Assembly: GCA_038747425.1 (NCBI GenBank)
Contig: JBCDJV010000005.1
Location: 7,137 to 71,136, forward strand
DNA length: 64,000 bases
From: Bacteroidota bacterium
GTDB taxonomy: Bacteria; Bacteroidota; Rhodothermia; Rhodothermales; JBCDJV01
Reading direction: 5' to 3'
A model generated the notes under the pieces. It was not told where the DNA came from, ran no database searches, and worked only from the letters and a program-made list of their open reading frames with translations. How positions within the stretch are numbered: the stretch's first letter is position 1; each line of letters opens with the position of its first letter. Made by a program: the position numbers and the translations under genes. This document shows, piece after piece, positions 1 through 9,200 of the stretch.

Positions 1-271
1 CTCGGGCATCGAGGAGAAGCGCCTCCTGCGCTTCGTCAACTACGCCGACCTCATGCGCATCAAAGGCGTCGGCGGGGAATATGCCGAGCTGCTCGAAGCC
101 GCGGGCGTGGACACGGTGCCGGAACTGGCGCGCCGCAACGCGGAAAACCTGCAGGCCAAGATGGCCGAGGTCAACGCGGAGAAAAAGCTGGTGCGCGCCC
201 TCGCCCCGGTGGCCTCGGTCACGAAGTGGGTCGCCCAGGCCAAAGAGTTGGGCCGCGTCGTCGAGTACTGA
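1..271 (+). CDS. DUF4332 domain-containing protein (5' truncated by window edge)
   Basis: Frame open from position 2 (SGIEEKRLLRFVNYADLMRIKGVGGEYAELLEAAGVDTVPELARRN); ADLxRIxGVGxEYAELLEAAGVDTV is typical of DUF4332. Confidence 0.85.
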   Translation, partial: SGIEEKRLLRFVNYADLMRIKGVGGEYAELLEAAGVDTVPELARRNAENLQAKMAEVNAEKKLVRALAPVASVTKWVAQAKELGRVVEY

Positions 272-292
272 TCGATCTCGCCCCCTCTCTCC

Positions 293-331
293 CAAAACGC
301 CCAGCCTCGATGCACGAGGCTGGGCGTTTTG
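293..331. terminator. Bidirectional rho-independent terminator
   Basis: Perfect 17-bp inverted repeat CAAAACGCCCAGCCTCG-atgca-CGAGGCTGGGCGTTTTG between convergent genes. Confidence 0.85.
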
Positions 332-363
332 CGTACGGCGTGTAGGGGTTTCCGGAGGCCGAC

Positions 364-864
364 CTATCGCCGGGTCAGGCGAATGGTGAGCGTGCCGGGT
401 ACGTCTTCCAGGGTGTCGAAGAATTCCGGGTCCAACGATTCCAAGTTGACGGACTTCGACGACGTAGACGTGAGGGCGGTGTTGTCCCGGTCGAGGCGAA
501 CGCGAGGATCCAGGAGGAGCGCTTCGAACTCATCTTCGTCGTTTGAATCCACGTTCAGCGTGACACGCGTATCCGTCACCGAGAAGGTCCCGGAGGCGGC
601 TCCTGAAGAGCCGTTGTTGAAGGTGTAGCGCAGGAGGAAGTCCCCGTCGTTGAACAGCTCCAGTTCCGTGCTCTGCCCGTTGATGTAGGTTAACACGTCG
701 GCGTCTGGAACAGCGGGCGACTGGGTCTCAAAGTTGAGGGTAGCAAAGCCGTAGCGACCGGCCACATCGGCCGGGTCCGCGTCGTCGTCGTTGCTGTCGC
801 AGCCGGTGAACGCCACCGTCAGCAGCAGCATGAACGGCCAGAGGAGAACGCGTTTCGTAAGCAT
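364..864 (-). CDS. Hypothetical lipoprotein (lipocalin-like beta fold possible)
   Basis: MLTKRVLLWPFMLLLTVAFTG-C lipobox, acidic linker, beta-strand-rich body. Confidence 0.75.
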   Translation of the reverse strand: MLTKRVLLWPFMLLLTVAFTGCDSNDDDADPADVAGRYGFATLNFETQSPAVPDADVLTYINGQSTELELFNDGDFLLRYTFNNGSSGAASGTFSVTDTRVTLNVDSNDEDEFEALLLDPRVRLDRDNTALTSTSSKSVNLESLDPEFFDTLEDVPGTLTIRLTRR

Positions 865-976
865 GGTACAAGAAGGGAAGAGAAAGGGGTGCGATACCGC
901 ACGTAGGCCACCGAAGGCCTCGGCGTTGGACATGCAATGCACGGAACCGAGCGGATGTTCGCCCTTGCCCCCGTCT

Positions 977-2266
977 TCACCCGCCCTCGCTCAGATGATG
1001 CGCCAGGCGGGTGGTGAACCCGACCAGGTTGAACCGGTGCAGGTACCGCTCGATGGCCGTCTGGACACGCCAGACCACGTAGGCCTCGGGGGCCGCCTGA
1101 TCGCGCAGGTGCTCGTAGAGGCGCGCCCGGGCCGCCTGGACGGCCGGGTCGGTCCAGATGTAGCGGCTGCACGTGCGCAGCATCCAGCGGCGCCGAGGGG
1201 CGGCCACCTCGTCCCACGCCAGGCCTTGCTCATCGCCCCGCAGCCATTTGCGCCAGCGGCCCCCCTGCACCACCGCCTCGCGGAGGGCCTCGTACAGCCC
1301 TGACGCCTTGCCGATCTGCCGCTCCAGGTCCACCAGGTCCATGAGCGCGTTGAACTCGACTTCCGTCAGCTCCGGCCCCACGTTGGCCCCGCCAAGGCCC
1401 GAGAGCGGGTACGCCTCGGGGGCATCCACGTAGTCCGTGTAGTGCCCCTTGATGAGGGCCCCTCGAGGTTTTACCCGGTTGGTGAGCCGCCGCGCCACGG
1501 ACGCATCGAAGGTGGTGGTATGCAGGTCGGTGCCCACCTTGCCCACCACAAAGCTCGGCCAGGCCCGCTCCAAGCCACGGGCCGCCAACCCCTCCGCCAG
1601 AAGCTGCAGGAAGGCGTCGAACACGTCGAGATCAGCCAAGCCCCCGTGGACCTCCTCGGTGCCCACCTCATAGCTCACCGGCGGCCGTCCCTGGGCTGTG
1701 CGGTGGGCCTCAGCGTGCGCGATGAGATCGAGGGTCCGCTCCACCACGCGCTCCACGGGCAGCGGAGCATCCGGGGGCAGAGCCGGGTCCACGGTGGGGT
1801 CGATGTGGAGCAGGTCATAGCCAGCATCGAGGCACGCCTCCAGGGACCGTTTGACGGCGGCCATGGTCTGGCCCAGGTCCCACCCTTCGCGGCGATGGCG
1901 ATCCTTGAGCCACGGTCCGCCGTGATCGAGCCCCACGAGCACGGGCCCGTCGAGCCCCACCCGGGTGATCTCCTGGGCCGTCGCCTCCATGAGCGTCTGG
2001 GGCGTCCAGCCGGTGTAGCCACCGTCGGTGTCCACCTGGTTGAGGGTGGCCGCCAGCAGGAGGGGCGCGTCGAGCCGGTGGGCGGCCTGGAGGGCGGCGC
2101 GCAACACCGTGGCCGAGTTGGGACAGATGGCCAGCAGGGTCACCCGGTCTGTGAAGCCGTGAATCAGGTGATGTACGAGCGCCTGCACAGGCGGTCGGCC
2201 GCTGGCCTGCAGGGCCTGCACGAGGCGTTGGGCACGTGATCCAGTATTGAGCAGGGATGGCGTCAT
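977..2266 (-). CDS. GatZ/KbaZ family protein (class II tagatose-bisphosphate aldolase accessory subunit / tagatose-6-phosphate 4-epimerase family)
   Basis: Motifs [43 protein letters not shown]; ATGA overlap with upstream gene at 2263-2266. Confidence 0.85.
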   Translation of the reverse strand: MTPSLLNTGSRAQRLVQALQASGRPPVQALVHHLIHGFTDRVTLLAICPNSATVLRAALQAAHRLDAPLLLAATLNQVDTDGGYTGWTPQTLMEATAQEITRVGLDGPVLVGLDHGGPWLKDRHRREGWDLGQTMAAVKRSLEACLDAGYDLLHIDPTVDPALPPDAPLPVERVVERTLDLIAHAEAHRTAQGRPPVSYEVGTEEVHGGLADLDVFDAFLQLLAEGLAARGLERAWPSFVVGKVGTDLHTTTFDASVARRLTNRVKPRGALIKGHYTDYVDAPEAYPLSGLGGANVGPELTEVEFNALMDLVDLERQIGKASGLYEALREAVVQGGRWRKWLRGDEQGLAWDEVAAPRRRWMLRTCSRYIWTDPAVQAARARLYEHLRDQAAPEAYVVWRVQTAIERYLHRFNLVGFTTRLAHHLSEGG

Positions 2267-3330
2267 GAGACCGGGCCCCGGTAGCGGGGGTGCTGGTGCC
2301 AGGGCTGAGCGCAGGCGTTGGCCGCCCGCAAGCGCTGGAAGGTGGCGCGCGCCTCGGACTCCGCGAAGGCCCGCATCCGGGCCTCGTCCGCCACCCAGGG
2401 CACGAGGGGCTTCCAGACGGCGCGCCCGCACAGGAAGCCGCTAGCCCCGTGCGCGGTGGCCATGCGGATGTTGGCCTCAAACTCGGCGGGGGCCACGCCA
2501 GCGCTGAGAATCACCCACGGCACAGCGGCGGCGGCCGCCACGCGGCGGCACGCGGCCTCAGCCTCGGCCTCGGTGAAGAGCACCTCACCCGTGGCGAAGT
2601 CGGCGCCTTGGTACGTCTCAACATATCGGAGGGGCACCGGAAACTCAATCTTGAAGAGGTCGACGTGAAACCGAGGGTCGCTGTAGGTGGTCACGGCGTC
2701 GACCACCAGGTCAGTCCGATGCGGCGCGAAGGCGGCGCTGTGGCGGTCCACCCCGTCGAGTCCGTAGGTCACGACCTCCAGCAGAAAGGGCACCCCCGCC
2801 GTGGCCGCGGCCTGGCCGGCCTGCTCCACCAGGGCCTGCTGATGCGCCTGCGTGGCGGCTGTGGCTCCGGGGTGGTGCCATACCAGCATCTTGACCGCGT
2901 CAGCCCCGCGCTGCAGCACGCCTGCCGCGGTCCACCCAGGGAGCAGGCGAGAACGGCGCTCGCCCCGGAGGCCAGCCTCGTAGCCGCTGACTTCGGCGGC
3001 GAGCAGCACCCCTACGGTGGGGGGGATGGCGGCGGCCGTTGCCGCATAGCCGAGCTCGGGGTCGGCCAGGACGGCCGTGGCCTCGCGGGCCAGGGACTCC
3101 GTCACGACCCGCTTGATCGCTACGAGGTGGGTATCCAGCGGTGCCCCTCCGGCGGGCAGAGCCGCCGGCGGCAAGGCGCGGAGGGCTCGGCGGAGGGAGG
3201 TGCGCTGATCGATGGCCAGCATGGCAAAGCGACCGTCGGCATCGCAGAGGCGGGCCAGGCGGCGGACCTTTCCGCAGGCGGCCTCGGGCGGCAGATGAGG
3301 GAAGGCCGCGGGGGGCGTCACCGGAATCAT
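2263..3330 (-). CDS. lacD: Class I tagatose-1,6-bisphosphate aldolase (LacD/YihT family)
   Basis: [22 protein letters not shown] (Schiff-base Lys), [22 protein letters not shown]. Confidence 0.8.
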   Translation of the reverse strand: MIPVTPPAAFPHLPPEAACGKVRRLARLCDADGRFAMLAIDQRTSLRRALRALPPAALPAGGAPLDTHLVAIKRVVTESLAREATAVLADPELGYAATAAAIPPTVGVLLAAEVSGYEAGLRGERRSRLLPGWTAAGVLQRGADAVKMLVWHHPGATAATQAHQQALVEQAGQAAATAGVPFLLEVVTYGLDGVDRHSAAFAPHRTDLVVDAVTTYSDPRFHVDLFKIEFPVPLRYVETYQGADFATGEVLFTEAEAEAACRRVAAAAAVPWVILSAGVAPAEFEANIRMATAHGASGFLCGRAVWKPLVPWVADEARMRAFAESEARATFQRLRAANACAQPWHQHPRYRGPVS

Positions 3331-3645
3331 GGGCGCTGAGGTGCTAGCAACGTGGGCGAAGCGGGAGGCAGATACTACGGCAGGTGCGTCCAGGGTTCAT
3401 GGGGCCACGCGGCCTGGCATCACGAAGCGCTGAGCGGGGGGCGCAGCACGGGTTCAAGGGAGGGCCCTCCCAGGCCTAGCCTCATGTCTCCTTTCGACCC
3501 TCCTGTTTCTCAAGCCCCACTCACCCCATGCTCCACCTCGTGAACGCATCGATCACACCAGGATAACATGGCGGCCGGGCGCGCAGCCGACGCAGCGCCT
3601 ACCTTGCCTGGTCTGCCTCTACCTCCGCTGACCAGCCCTGCCACC

Positions 3646-4440
3646 ATGCCCCGTTCGTTCCTCTCGTTTGCCCACCGGCTGGCCGAGGTGGCCAGTGCGG
3701 AGATCCGGCCGCGCTTCCAGCAAGTGGCCACTGAGCACAAAGCCGACGGCTCCGAGGTAACCGAGGCCGACCGTGCCGCCGAGATGGCCATGCGGGCGCT
3801 CATCGAAGCCGAATATCCGGACCATGGCATCATCGGCGAAGAGGCCGAGGCCGTGACGGGCGCGCGCTACACCTGGGTCCTAGACCCGATCGACGGGACC
3901 GCGTGGTTTTCGCTGGGCATCCCCAAGTTTGGCACCCTGGTGGCCCTGCTGGACAACGGCGAGCCCATCCTGGGCGTGGTGCACCTCCCCATCACCGCCG
4001 AGACGCTCCACGCCGAGCGCGGCGAGGGCTGCTGGTACACGCGCGGCGAACAGCCGCCCCAGCGCGTCCAGGTAGACACCTCCGTCCGGCGCGTGGCCGA
4101 CGCCTACATCTCGGCGGCCGGTGTGAAGCACACCGAGATCCGGCCGGACCGGCGCGGGGTGCAGCTGCGGCTAGGGCCCATCAGCCGGGTGGCCGGTCGC
4201 CTCCGGTTCGTGGGCGACTGCGTGCAGCACATGCTGGTGGCACGCGGCGTCCTGCACGCCGCCCTGGACCCGGTGATGTCGCCCTGGGACATCGCCGCAC
4301 TGGTGCCGTGCCTACTGGAGGCCGGCGGCACCGTCAGCACCATCGACGGACGCACCACGGACCTTGTCTTTGGTGGTAGCCTGCTCTCGGCGTGCCACCC
4401 GGCCCTGCATGAGGAGATCCTGGGGCTGGTGAACCCATAA
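3646..4440 (+). CDS. Inositol monophosphatase family protein (HisN-like)
   Basis: KADGSEVTEADR, GIIGEE, WVLDPIDGT, WDIAALVP..EAGG motifs. Confidence 0.85.
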   Translation: MPRSFLSFAHRLAEVASAEIRPRFQQVATEHKADGSEVTEADRAAEMAMRALIEAEYPDHGIIGEEAEAVTGARYTWVLDPIDGTAWFSLGIPKFGTLVALLDNGEPILGVVHLPITAETLHAERGEGCWYTRGEQPPQRVQVDTSVRRVADAYISAAGVKHTEIRPDRRGVQLRLGPISRVAGRLRFVGDCVQHMLVARGVLHAALDPVMSPWDIAALVPCLLEAGGTVSTIDGRTTDLVFGGSLLSACHPALHEEILGLVNP

Positions 4441-4479
4441 GCGAGCTGCTGGGCCTAAGCAGAGCCACAGGGGACCCAG

Positions 4480-5499
4480 TCATCGCGTGTAGACGGACAC
4501 CCGGCTTGTGGTCCCTGACCCGCCTGCTTCTGTGGCTCCCGCTATCACAAACACCTCGTTGCCTACCGTCACCGCCCCCAAACCGTGGCGAGGCACCGGC
4601 ATCTCGGCAATCGGTGACCACGCATCGGTAGCCGGATCGTACACCCAAGACTCGCGGTACACGCCCCCACCCTCACGGTCGAAAAACTCTCCGCCAAAGA
4701 CATACAGACGTCCTTCCAGGGCTGCGGCCGCCAGGCCACCTTGAGCCTGCGGCATGGGCGCCCGTGTGCTCCACTGCCCCGTGACGGGGTCAAACACTTC
4801 GTTCGCTGTGACATTGCCGCCATCCACCACGCGCCCCCCCACAACATACAGCTGGCCATCGATGACAGCCCCGGCCGCACTGTTTCGCCGGACGGATGCA
4901 GCCTGGCCGAACGACACCGTTAACGTCCCGGGGTCAAAGACCTGAAGATGATCCACATCGCCCTGATGGTTCCAATCAGCGTTCTCGGTTCCGATGGGTG
5001 TACGGCCCGAGGCTAGGTAGATCTGCCCTCCTATGTACGCGGCCACCGTTTCGGACTGCGGGATGAGTAGCTCGGCGACTTTTACCCACGTGCCTGTCGC
5101 CTCATCCAGTCGAAGAATGTCCTTGCTGGCGCTCCACCGCCCCCCATTCGCGGCGATGAACCCACCGATCGAGAAGAGCTCGGATCCGGTTGATACGAGG
5201 TAGGGATGATGGCGCGGTTCCGGCAGTGACGGACCTGGGCTCCACTGGTCCACGTCTGGATGGTAGATGTAAACCTGATCGGAAATGCCCTGGGTAGCGG
5301 GATCCACGTCTGGGCTCAACCCACCCGCCAAGTAGATTCGCCCCTGATGGAGGGTCGGATACACCTCTTGTACCCGATACGGAATATCGGCCCTGACCTC
5401 CCAAGACTCTTGTGGCATTTCGGTGGACGCTCGCGTGTCCGAGTCGACCGCGGCGGTACAGGCAGCGGCGGCCATGAGCAAGAAAAACAGCGTTCGCAT
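4480..5499 (-). CDS. Secreted/lipoprotein Kelch-repeat beta-propeller protein
   Basis: Signal peptide with Cys; about six Kelch repeats (IYLAGG..W, LFSIGG, LYVVGG..FDPVTGQW, LYVFGG..YDPATDAW). Confidence 0.85.
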   Translation of the reverse strand: MRTLFFLLMAAAACTAAVDSDTRASTEMPQESWEVRADIPYRVQEVYPTLHQGRIYLAGGLSPDVDPATQGISDQVYIYHPDVDQWSPGPSLPEPRHHPYLVSTGSELFSIGGFIAANGGRWSASKDILRLDEATGTWVKVAELLIPQSETVAAYIGGQIYLASGRTPIGTENADWNHQGDVDHLQVFDPGTLTVSFGQAASVRRNSAAGAVIDGQLYVVGGRVVDGGNVTANEVFDPVTGQWSTRAPMPQAQGGLAAAALEGRLYVFGGEFFDREGGGVYRESWVYDPATDAWSPIAEMPVPRHGLGAVTVGNEVFVIAGATEAGGSGTTSRVSVYTR

Positions 5500-5593
5500 G
5501 TCAGGACTCTTGTCTGAGGTTCTGGAAAGAGCACATCCCTCTGGCTGAGGGATCTGGGGCGTGTGATGCTCCGTGCCGCTCTGCTACGCCTCA

Positions 5594-5743
5594 GAGGCTG
5601 GGTAAAGTTCGGGAGCGTCGCCAAACAGCGTTAGAGGGCGAAGCGCATCGAGTACACCTCCCCTCCAACGCTCCCCCGAGGGCTGGTTCTTGGCGTGCTC
5701 GGTTTCGCTGGTACGCCGCGTTTTCGATACCTTGCACAGGCTC
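5594..5743 (-). mobile_element. Degenerate MITE-like element related to the 22249-22409 element
   Basis: Imperfect terminal IR (GAGGCTGGGTAAAGT / GAGCCTGTGCAAGGT); internal GCGAAACCGAGCACG matches GCGAAAACGAGCGCG of the 22249 element. Confidence 0.45.
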
Positions 5744-5789
5744 AACCCTCAGCCCCACGTTGACGTCCTCGTTCCCCTTCCAGACACGC

Positions 5790-6320
5790 ATGCAACGCGC
5801 ACTCCTACTTCTACTCCTCTGCGCTGGCTGTACACCTCGTGCCGTGGCTCCCCCTGAGCCGGCTGCGCCTCCTCCTCTTCTACTGGGCACGTTTGAGGAT
5901 GATTATGGGATCGCCTATTCCATCTCCGCAGCCCGCTGGCACCAGCATCCCAACGCCACCTATCGCATCGTGCAGTGGGACCTTGAGGGGCGCTACCTCA
6001 TCGCCCAGAACGACGAGGCCAATCCCAGCGACGGCGGCTTGTGGACGCGGATCGACTGGATCACGTTGTCCGATATGCCACCCTATGAATGGGCCTTCTG
6101 CCTGAGCGCCTACAACGCCCCTACGGCAGAGGAGGCCGAACGGACGGTCCTGGCCAACCGGGACACGCCGAGGACCGGGTGCAATGGATATCCCTTCTCG
6201 CGCATGCGTCGTCGGAGCCTGGGCCATCGACCGGAGGCGAATCTAGCGCGCCCTGGATACAGCGGGCCGGTCACTGCGGGCGAACGGACCAACCCGCCGG
6301 TCGCCAGCCCTCTCCCATGA
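5790..6320 (+). CDS. Hypothetical lipoprotein
   Basis: MQRALLLLLLCAG-C lipobox; Trp/Cys-containing globular body (WTRIDW, FCLSAY, GCNGYPFSRM). Confidence 0.7.
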   Translation: MQRALLLLLLCAGCTPRAVAPPEPAAPPPLLLGTFEDDYGIAYSISAARWHQHPNATYRIVQWDLEGRYLIAQNDEANPSDGGLWTRIDWITLSDMPPYEWAFCLSAYNAPTAEEAERTVLANRDTPRTGCNGYPFSRMRRRSLGHRPEANLARPGYSGPVTAGERTNPPVASPLP

Positions 6321-6868
6321 CCACAGCCCTTCCTGGTCCGGTACGCCGATGGTCCTCGGCAGGCCGGAGGTTCGAGCGCGCCCTCCTCAAGCAGTTGGGT
6401 CGAGATTCCCCCTACCCGGATACAGACGCCCTCTCCGCACGGGCGCGTACCCTCCTCACGGAGGAGCAGGCCACCGTGTCCGACGCGCAGTCCCAGATGC
6501 TCCTCGTGCTGGCCTGCTCCGTCCTGGCCGCCTGCCAGAACCTCGTAGACCTCAACGTCCCTCCCAGCGCGGCCAAGCAACGGGGGGCCCGGGCACTGGT
6601 CGCGCCCAATACCTAGAGCGGCGTGTGTATGGAGACTGGTTCACGTTCCGCTATGGAGACCAGAGAGCAGCAGGATTTCGTGGCCGTCGTGGAGCGATGC
6701 GGCCTCTTAGCGTGGCGTGGAGAGCCGGACCTGACCCAGGCCTTCTGTGCCTGGGATGCCGCGTGTTCAGGCGCGATCTCGGCCATTCGGCATGGCGTGC
6801 GGTTCGAGATGGATGGACGGATCGCGGAGGGATGCCGCACATGCCGGTTCTGCTTCACCCGTCGTTGA
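6317..6868 (+). pseudogene. Degraded L-2-amino-thiazoline-4-carboxylate hydrolase-like gene
   Basis: Pieces in more than one frame around a TAG at 6614-6616; C-terminal VERC..AFCAWD..RIAEGCRTCRFCF resembles the ATC-hydrolase family. Confidence 0.55.
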
Positions 6869-6900
6869 TAGATACCTCGAATCGTGTGCTCGTCCCGCTC

Positions 6901-7611
6901 ATGACGGAACGCTACGACACCGCTGCGGCGGCCCACTATGCCGCCTATCGCCCAGCGCTCCACGGACTGATCCTTGACCGGGCCCTCGGCCCAACCATCC
7001 GGTTCGGCGTCGGGGTGGACGTGGGGTGCGGGACGGGACGCTCGACGGTGGCGCTGGCCGCACGCTGCACACGGACGATCGGTGTCGACCCGAGCGTGTC
7101 CATGCTTCGCCGGGCCATGCCTCAGGAGGGGGTGTCGTATCTCCGAGGGACTGCAAATACGCTGCCCGTGCCTGAGGACACTGCGGACGTCATCACGTTC
7201 GCGGGCTCGCTCTACTACGCGGACTCGGCGGCGACGCGGCGCGAGGTCCTCCGGGTCGGCCGAGTTGGGGCGGTCGTGCTCGTCTACGACTTCGAGGTGC
7301 TTCTCGCCTCCGCGCTGAGCACGATGCAGATCGAGATGACGGTGCCTGCCACCCGCTACGATCACACGGCGAACTTCTCCGGGCGAGATGGCTTTGCAGC
7401 ACAGGCTGGGGGGAGCGAGAGCATCGAGTTGGAAATGTCGGCTAGCGACTTTGCCCACCTGGTTCTCTCTGACTCGCACCGGCTCGATTACCTCTCCAGC
7501 CAGTACGGACGTTCTTCTGTCTATGAGTTCCTGGTGAGACGAGCCGGCGATGGGGCCGTCAGGCTGACCGCAGTCCTCCACTTCTCGTCCTACGTGCTGG
7601 CGCACACGTGA
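6901..7611 (+). CDS. Class I SAM-dependent methyltransferase
   Basis: VDVGCGTGRS motif I, GVDPSVSML, ADVITFAGSL. Confidence 0.85.
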   Translation: MTERYDTAAAAHYAAYRPALHGLILDRALGPTIRFGVGVDVGCGTGRSTVALAARCTRTIGVDPSVSMLRRAMPQEGVSYLRGTANTLPVPEDTADVITFAGSLYYADSAATRREVLRVGRVGAVVLVYDFEVLLASALSTMQIEMTVPATRYDHTANFSGRDGFAAQAGGSESIELEMSASDFAHLVLSDSHRLDYLSSQYGRSSVYEFLVRRAGDGAVRLTAVLHFSSYVLAHT

Positions 7612-7748
7612 CCACAGGCCCCAGGGAGGACCGAGGATCCACTACGGGACACACCGATCTCCCGGTGACAGGGCACTGTGTAGCAGGCTCGCCTCACCAC
7701 CGAGCATAGACTCCACAGGCGCAGGCTCACAGGACGCGTCTGCCTGGG

Positions 7749-7778
7749 TTCACACAATGACTAAATCTAGGATATAAT
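7749..7778 (+). promoter_or_regulatory. Putative sigma70-like promoter of the AraC gene
   Basis: TTCACA-18 bp-TATAAT in an AT-rich patch. Confidence 0.45.
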
Positions 7779-7843
7779 TTGATTACTGGCGGTATCTAGT
7801 GTGGGTTCGTTCCACGTCCGGATTCACGAATCCACCTCTTTCC

Positions 7844-9061
7844 ATGCCTGAGGGATCGTCTCTCTTGCTCACCGTGGTTGCCGGAGCCGGCGTCTGGCAG
7901 GCGGCCATACTAGGGATCTTCGCTGCAGCCCGGCTGAAGGGCGCACCGGGACTGTTGCTGCTGGGGGCGCTCGGGGCACTCGCGCACGTGCAGGCCACGC
8001 TGGCCGCCCACGCCACGGGCCAGGCGGCGACCTTCCCCCTAGAAATGATGCTGACGGCGGCGGCCGTGGGCATGACCATCGGGCCGCTCGTCTACCTGGC
8101 GGTTCGGACGTGGCTGTACCCCTCGCGCGGCTGGCGCGCCACGGACGCTCTTCACTTTGCCCCAGCACTCATTCAACTCATCGTCCAGCTCCCAGTCTTG
8201 GTCATGGGATCCGCCCGTACAGCGCTGCTGGACGACTACATTGGCCTGGGGCTGGTGCAGTCCTTCCTGCCGAGTGTCGAGCTGCCGCGGCTGATCGGCG
8301 TGATCTACCTGGGGCTGGTTGCGTGGCGGGTCCTGGACGCCGCACGAGACCCGGCCCGGCGAGCAGCCGTGCCGGTGGCGGTGTTCATCGCAGCGGGGTA
8401 CGGAGCCGTGTTCCTGGCGATGGTGTTCATTTTCTCCACCGACGCTCACGCCTGGCTGCGGCCTGTGCTGGTGAGTGGGGTGCTGCTCGCCCTCCACCTG
8501 GGCGCCCTGGTCCGACTGCCTGCCCTGTGCTCGGCCCCCGAGGATGCCCCCGCCGCAGCACCCATGACCACCCTAGCGTCCGGCGATGGGCACCGCGCCG
8601 CCGCACCACCCGAGATCCGCGTCGTCGTCGATTCGCTGATGCAAGACCTGTTGGTACCGGCGCACGGCGCAAACCGGTACAAACGGTCCCGCTTGTCGAA
8701 ACAGCAAAAAGCCACACTGCACCGTCGGCTGAGCGCCCTTATGGAAGAGGAACGGGCCTACACCGACCCCGCGCTCACGCTCGAAAAGGTGGGCGAGCGC
8801 CTCGGCACCTTGCCGCGATACGTGTCGCAGGTGGTCAATGAGACCATGGACCAGAGCTTCACGGCCTTCGTGAACGGGTATCGCGTGGCCGCGGCCCAAC
8901 GGCGGCTGCAGGATCCGGCGTGCGAGCACCTGACCGTAGTGGCCGTCGGCGAGGAGGCCGGGTTCGCGTCCAAGTCCGCCTTCTACGAGGCCTTCAAGCG
9001 GGTGACGGGCACCACGCCAGCCAGCTACCGCGCCCAGCCGCCGCAGGACGCCGTGGTATAA
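7844..9061 (+). CDS. Membrane-anchored AraC/XylS family transcriptional regulator
   Basis: Several N-terminal hydrophobic helices; C-terminal YKRSRL..YTDPALTL..SQVVNE..FVNGYRV..AGFASKSAFYEAFKRVTGTTPASYR HTH. Confidence 0.9.
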   Translation: MPEGSSLLLTVVAGAGVWQAAILGIFAAARLKGAPGLLLLGALGALAHVQATLAAHATGQAATFPLEMMLTAAAVGMTIGPLVYLAVRTWLYPSRGWRATDALHFAPALIQLIVQLPVLVMGSARTALLDDYIGLGLVQSFLPSVELPRLIGVIYLGLVAWRVLDAARDPARRAAVPVAVFIAAGYGAVFLAMVFIFSTDAHAWLRPVLVSGVLLALHLGALVRLPALCSAPEDAPAAAPMTTLASGDGHRAAAPPEIRVVVDSLMQDLLVPAHGANRYKRSRLSKQQKATLHRRLSALMEEERAYTDPALTLEKVGERLGTLPRYVSQVVNETMDQSFTAFVNGYRVAAAQRRLQDPACEHLTVVAVGEEAGFASKSAFYEAFKRVTGTTPASYRAQPPQDAVV

Positions 9062-9090
9062 ATATAAGGGTGGGCGTTCGCGCTTCCGGT

Positions 9091-9114
9091 CGTCCGAGAT
9101 CAAGAATCCGGACG
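9091..9114. promoter_or_regulatory. Putative AraC operator
   Basis: CGTCCG-N12-CGGACG upstream of the TonB receptor; GAATCCGGACG (9104-9114) is the exact reverse complement of CGTCCGGATTC (7815-7825) upstream of the regulator. Confidence 0.45.
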
Positions 9115-9200
9115 GGATAGACGACTTGGCTGGGGGACCTTGGCGGTGTCGCGGGCAGAGGCCCCGGCGCTTCCCATCACCCGTCTCTCTCCCCACCCCC

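Noticed and set aside
4480-5499. Kelch gene as part of a distinct mobile island (more A/T-ending codons than neighbours)
   Set aside because: Compositional impression not quantified, and no integrase or att sites seen.
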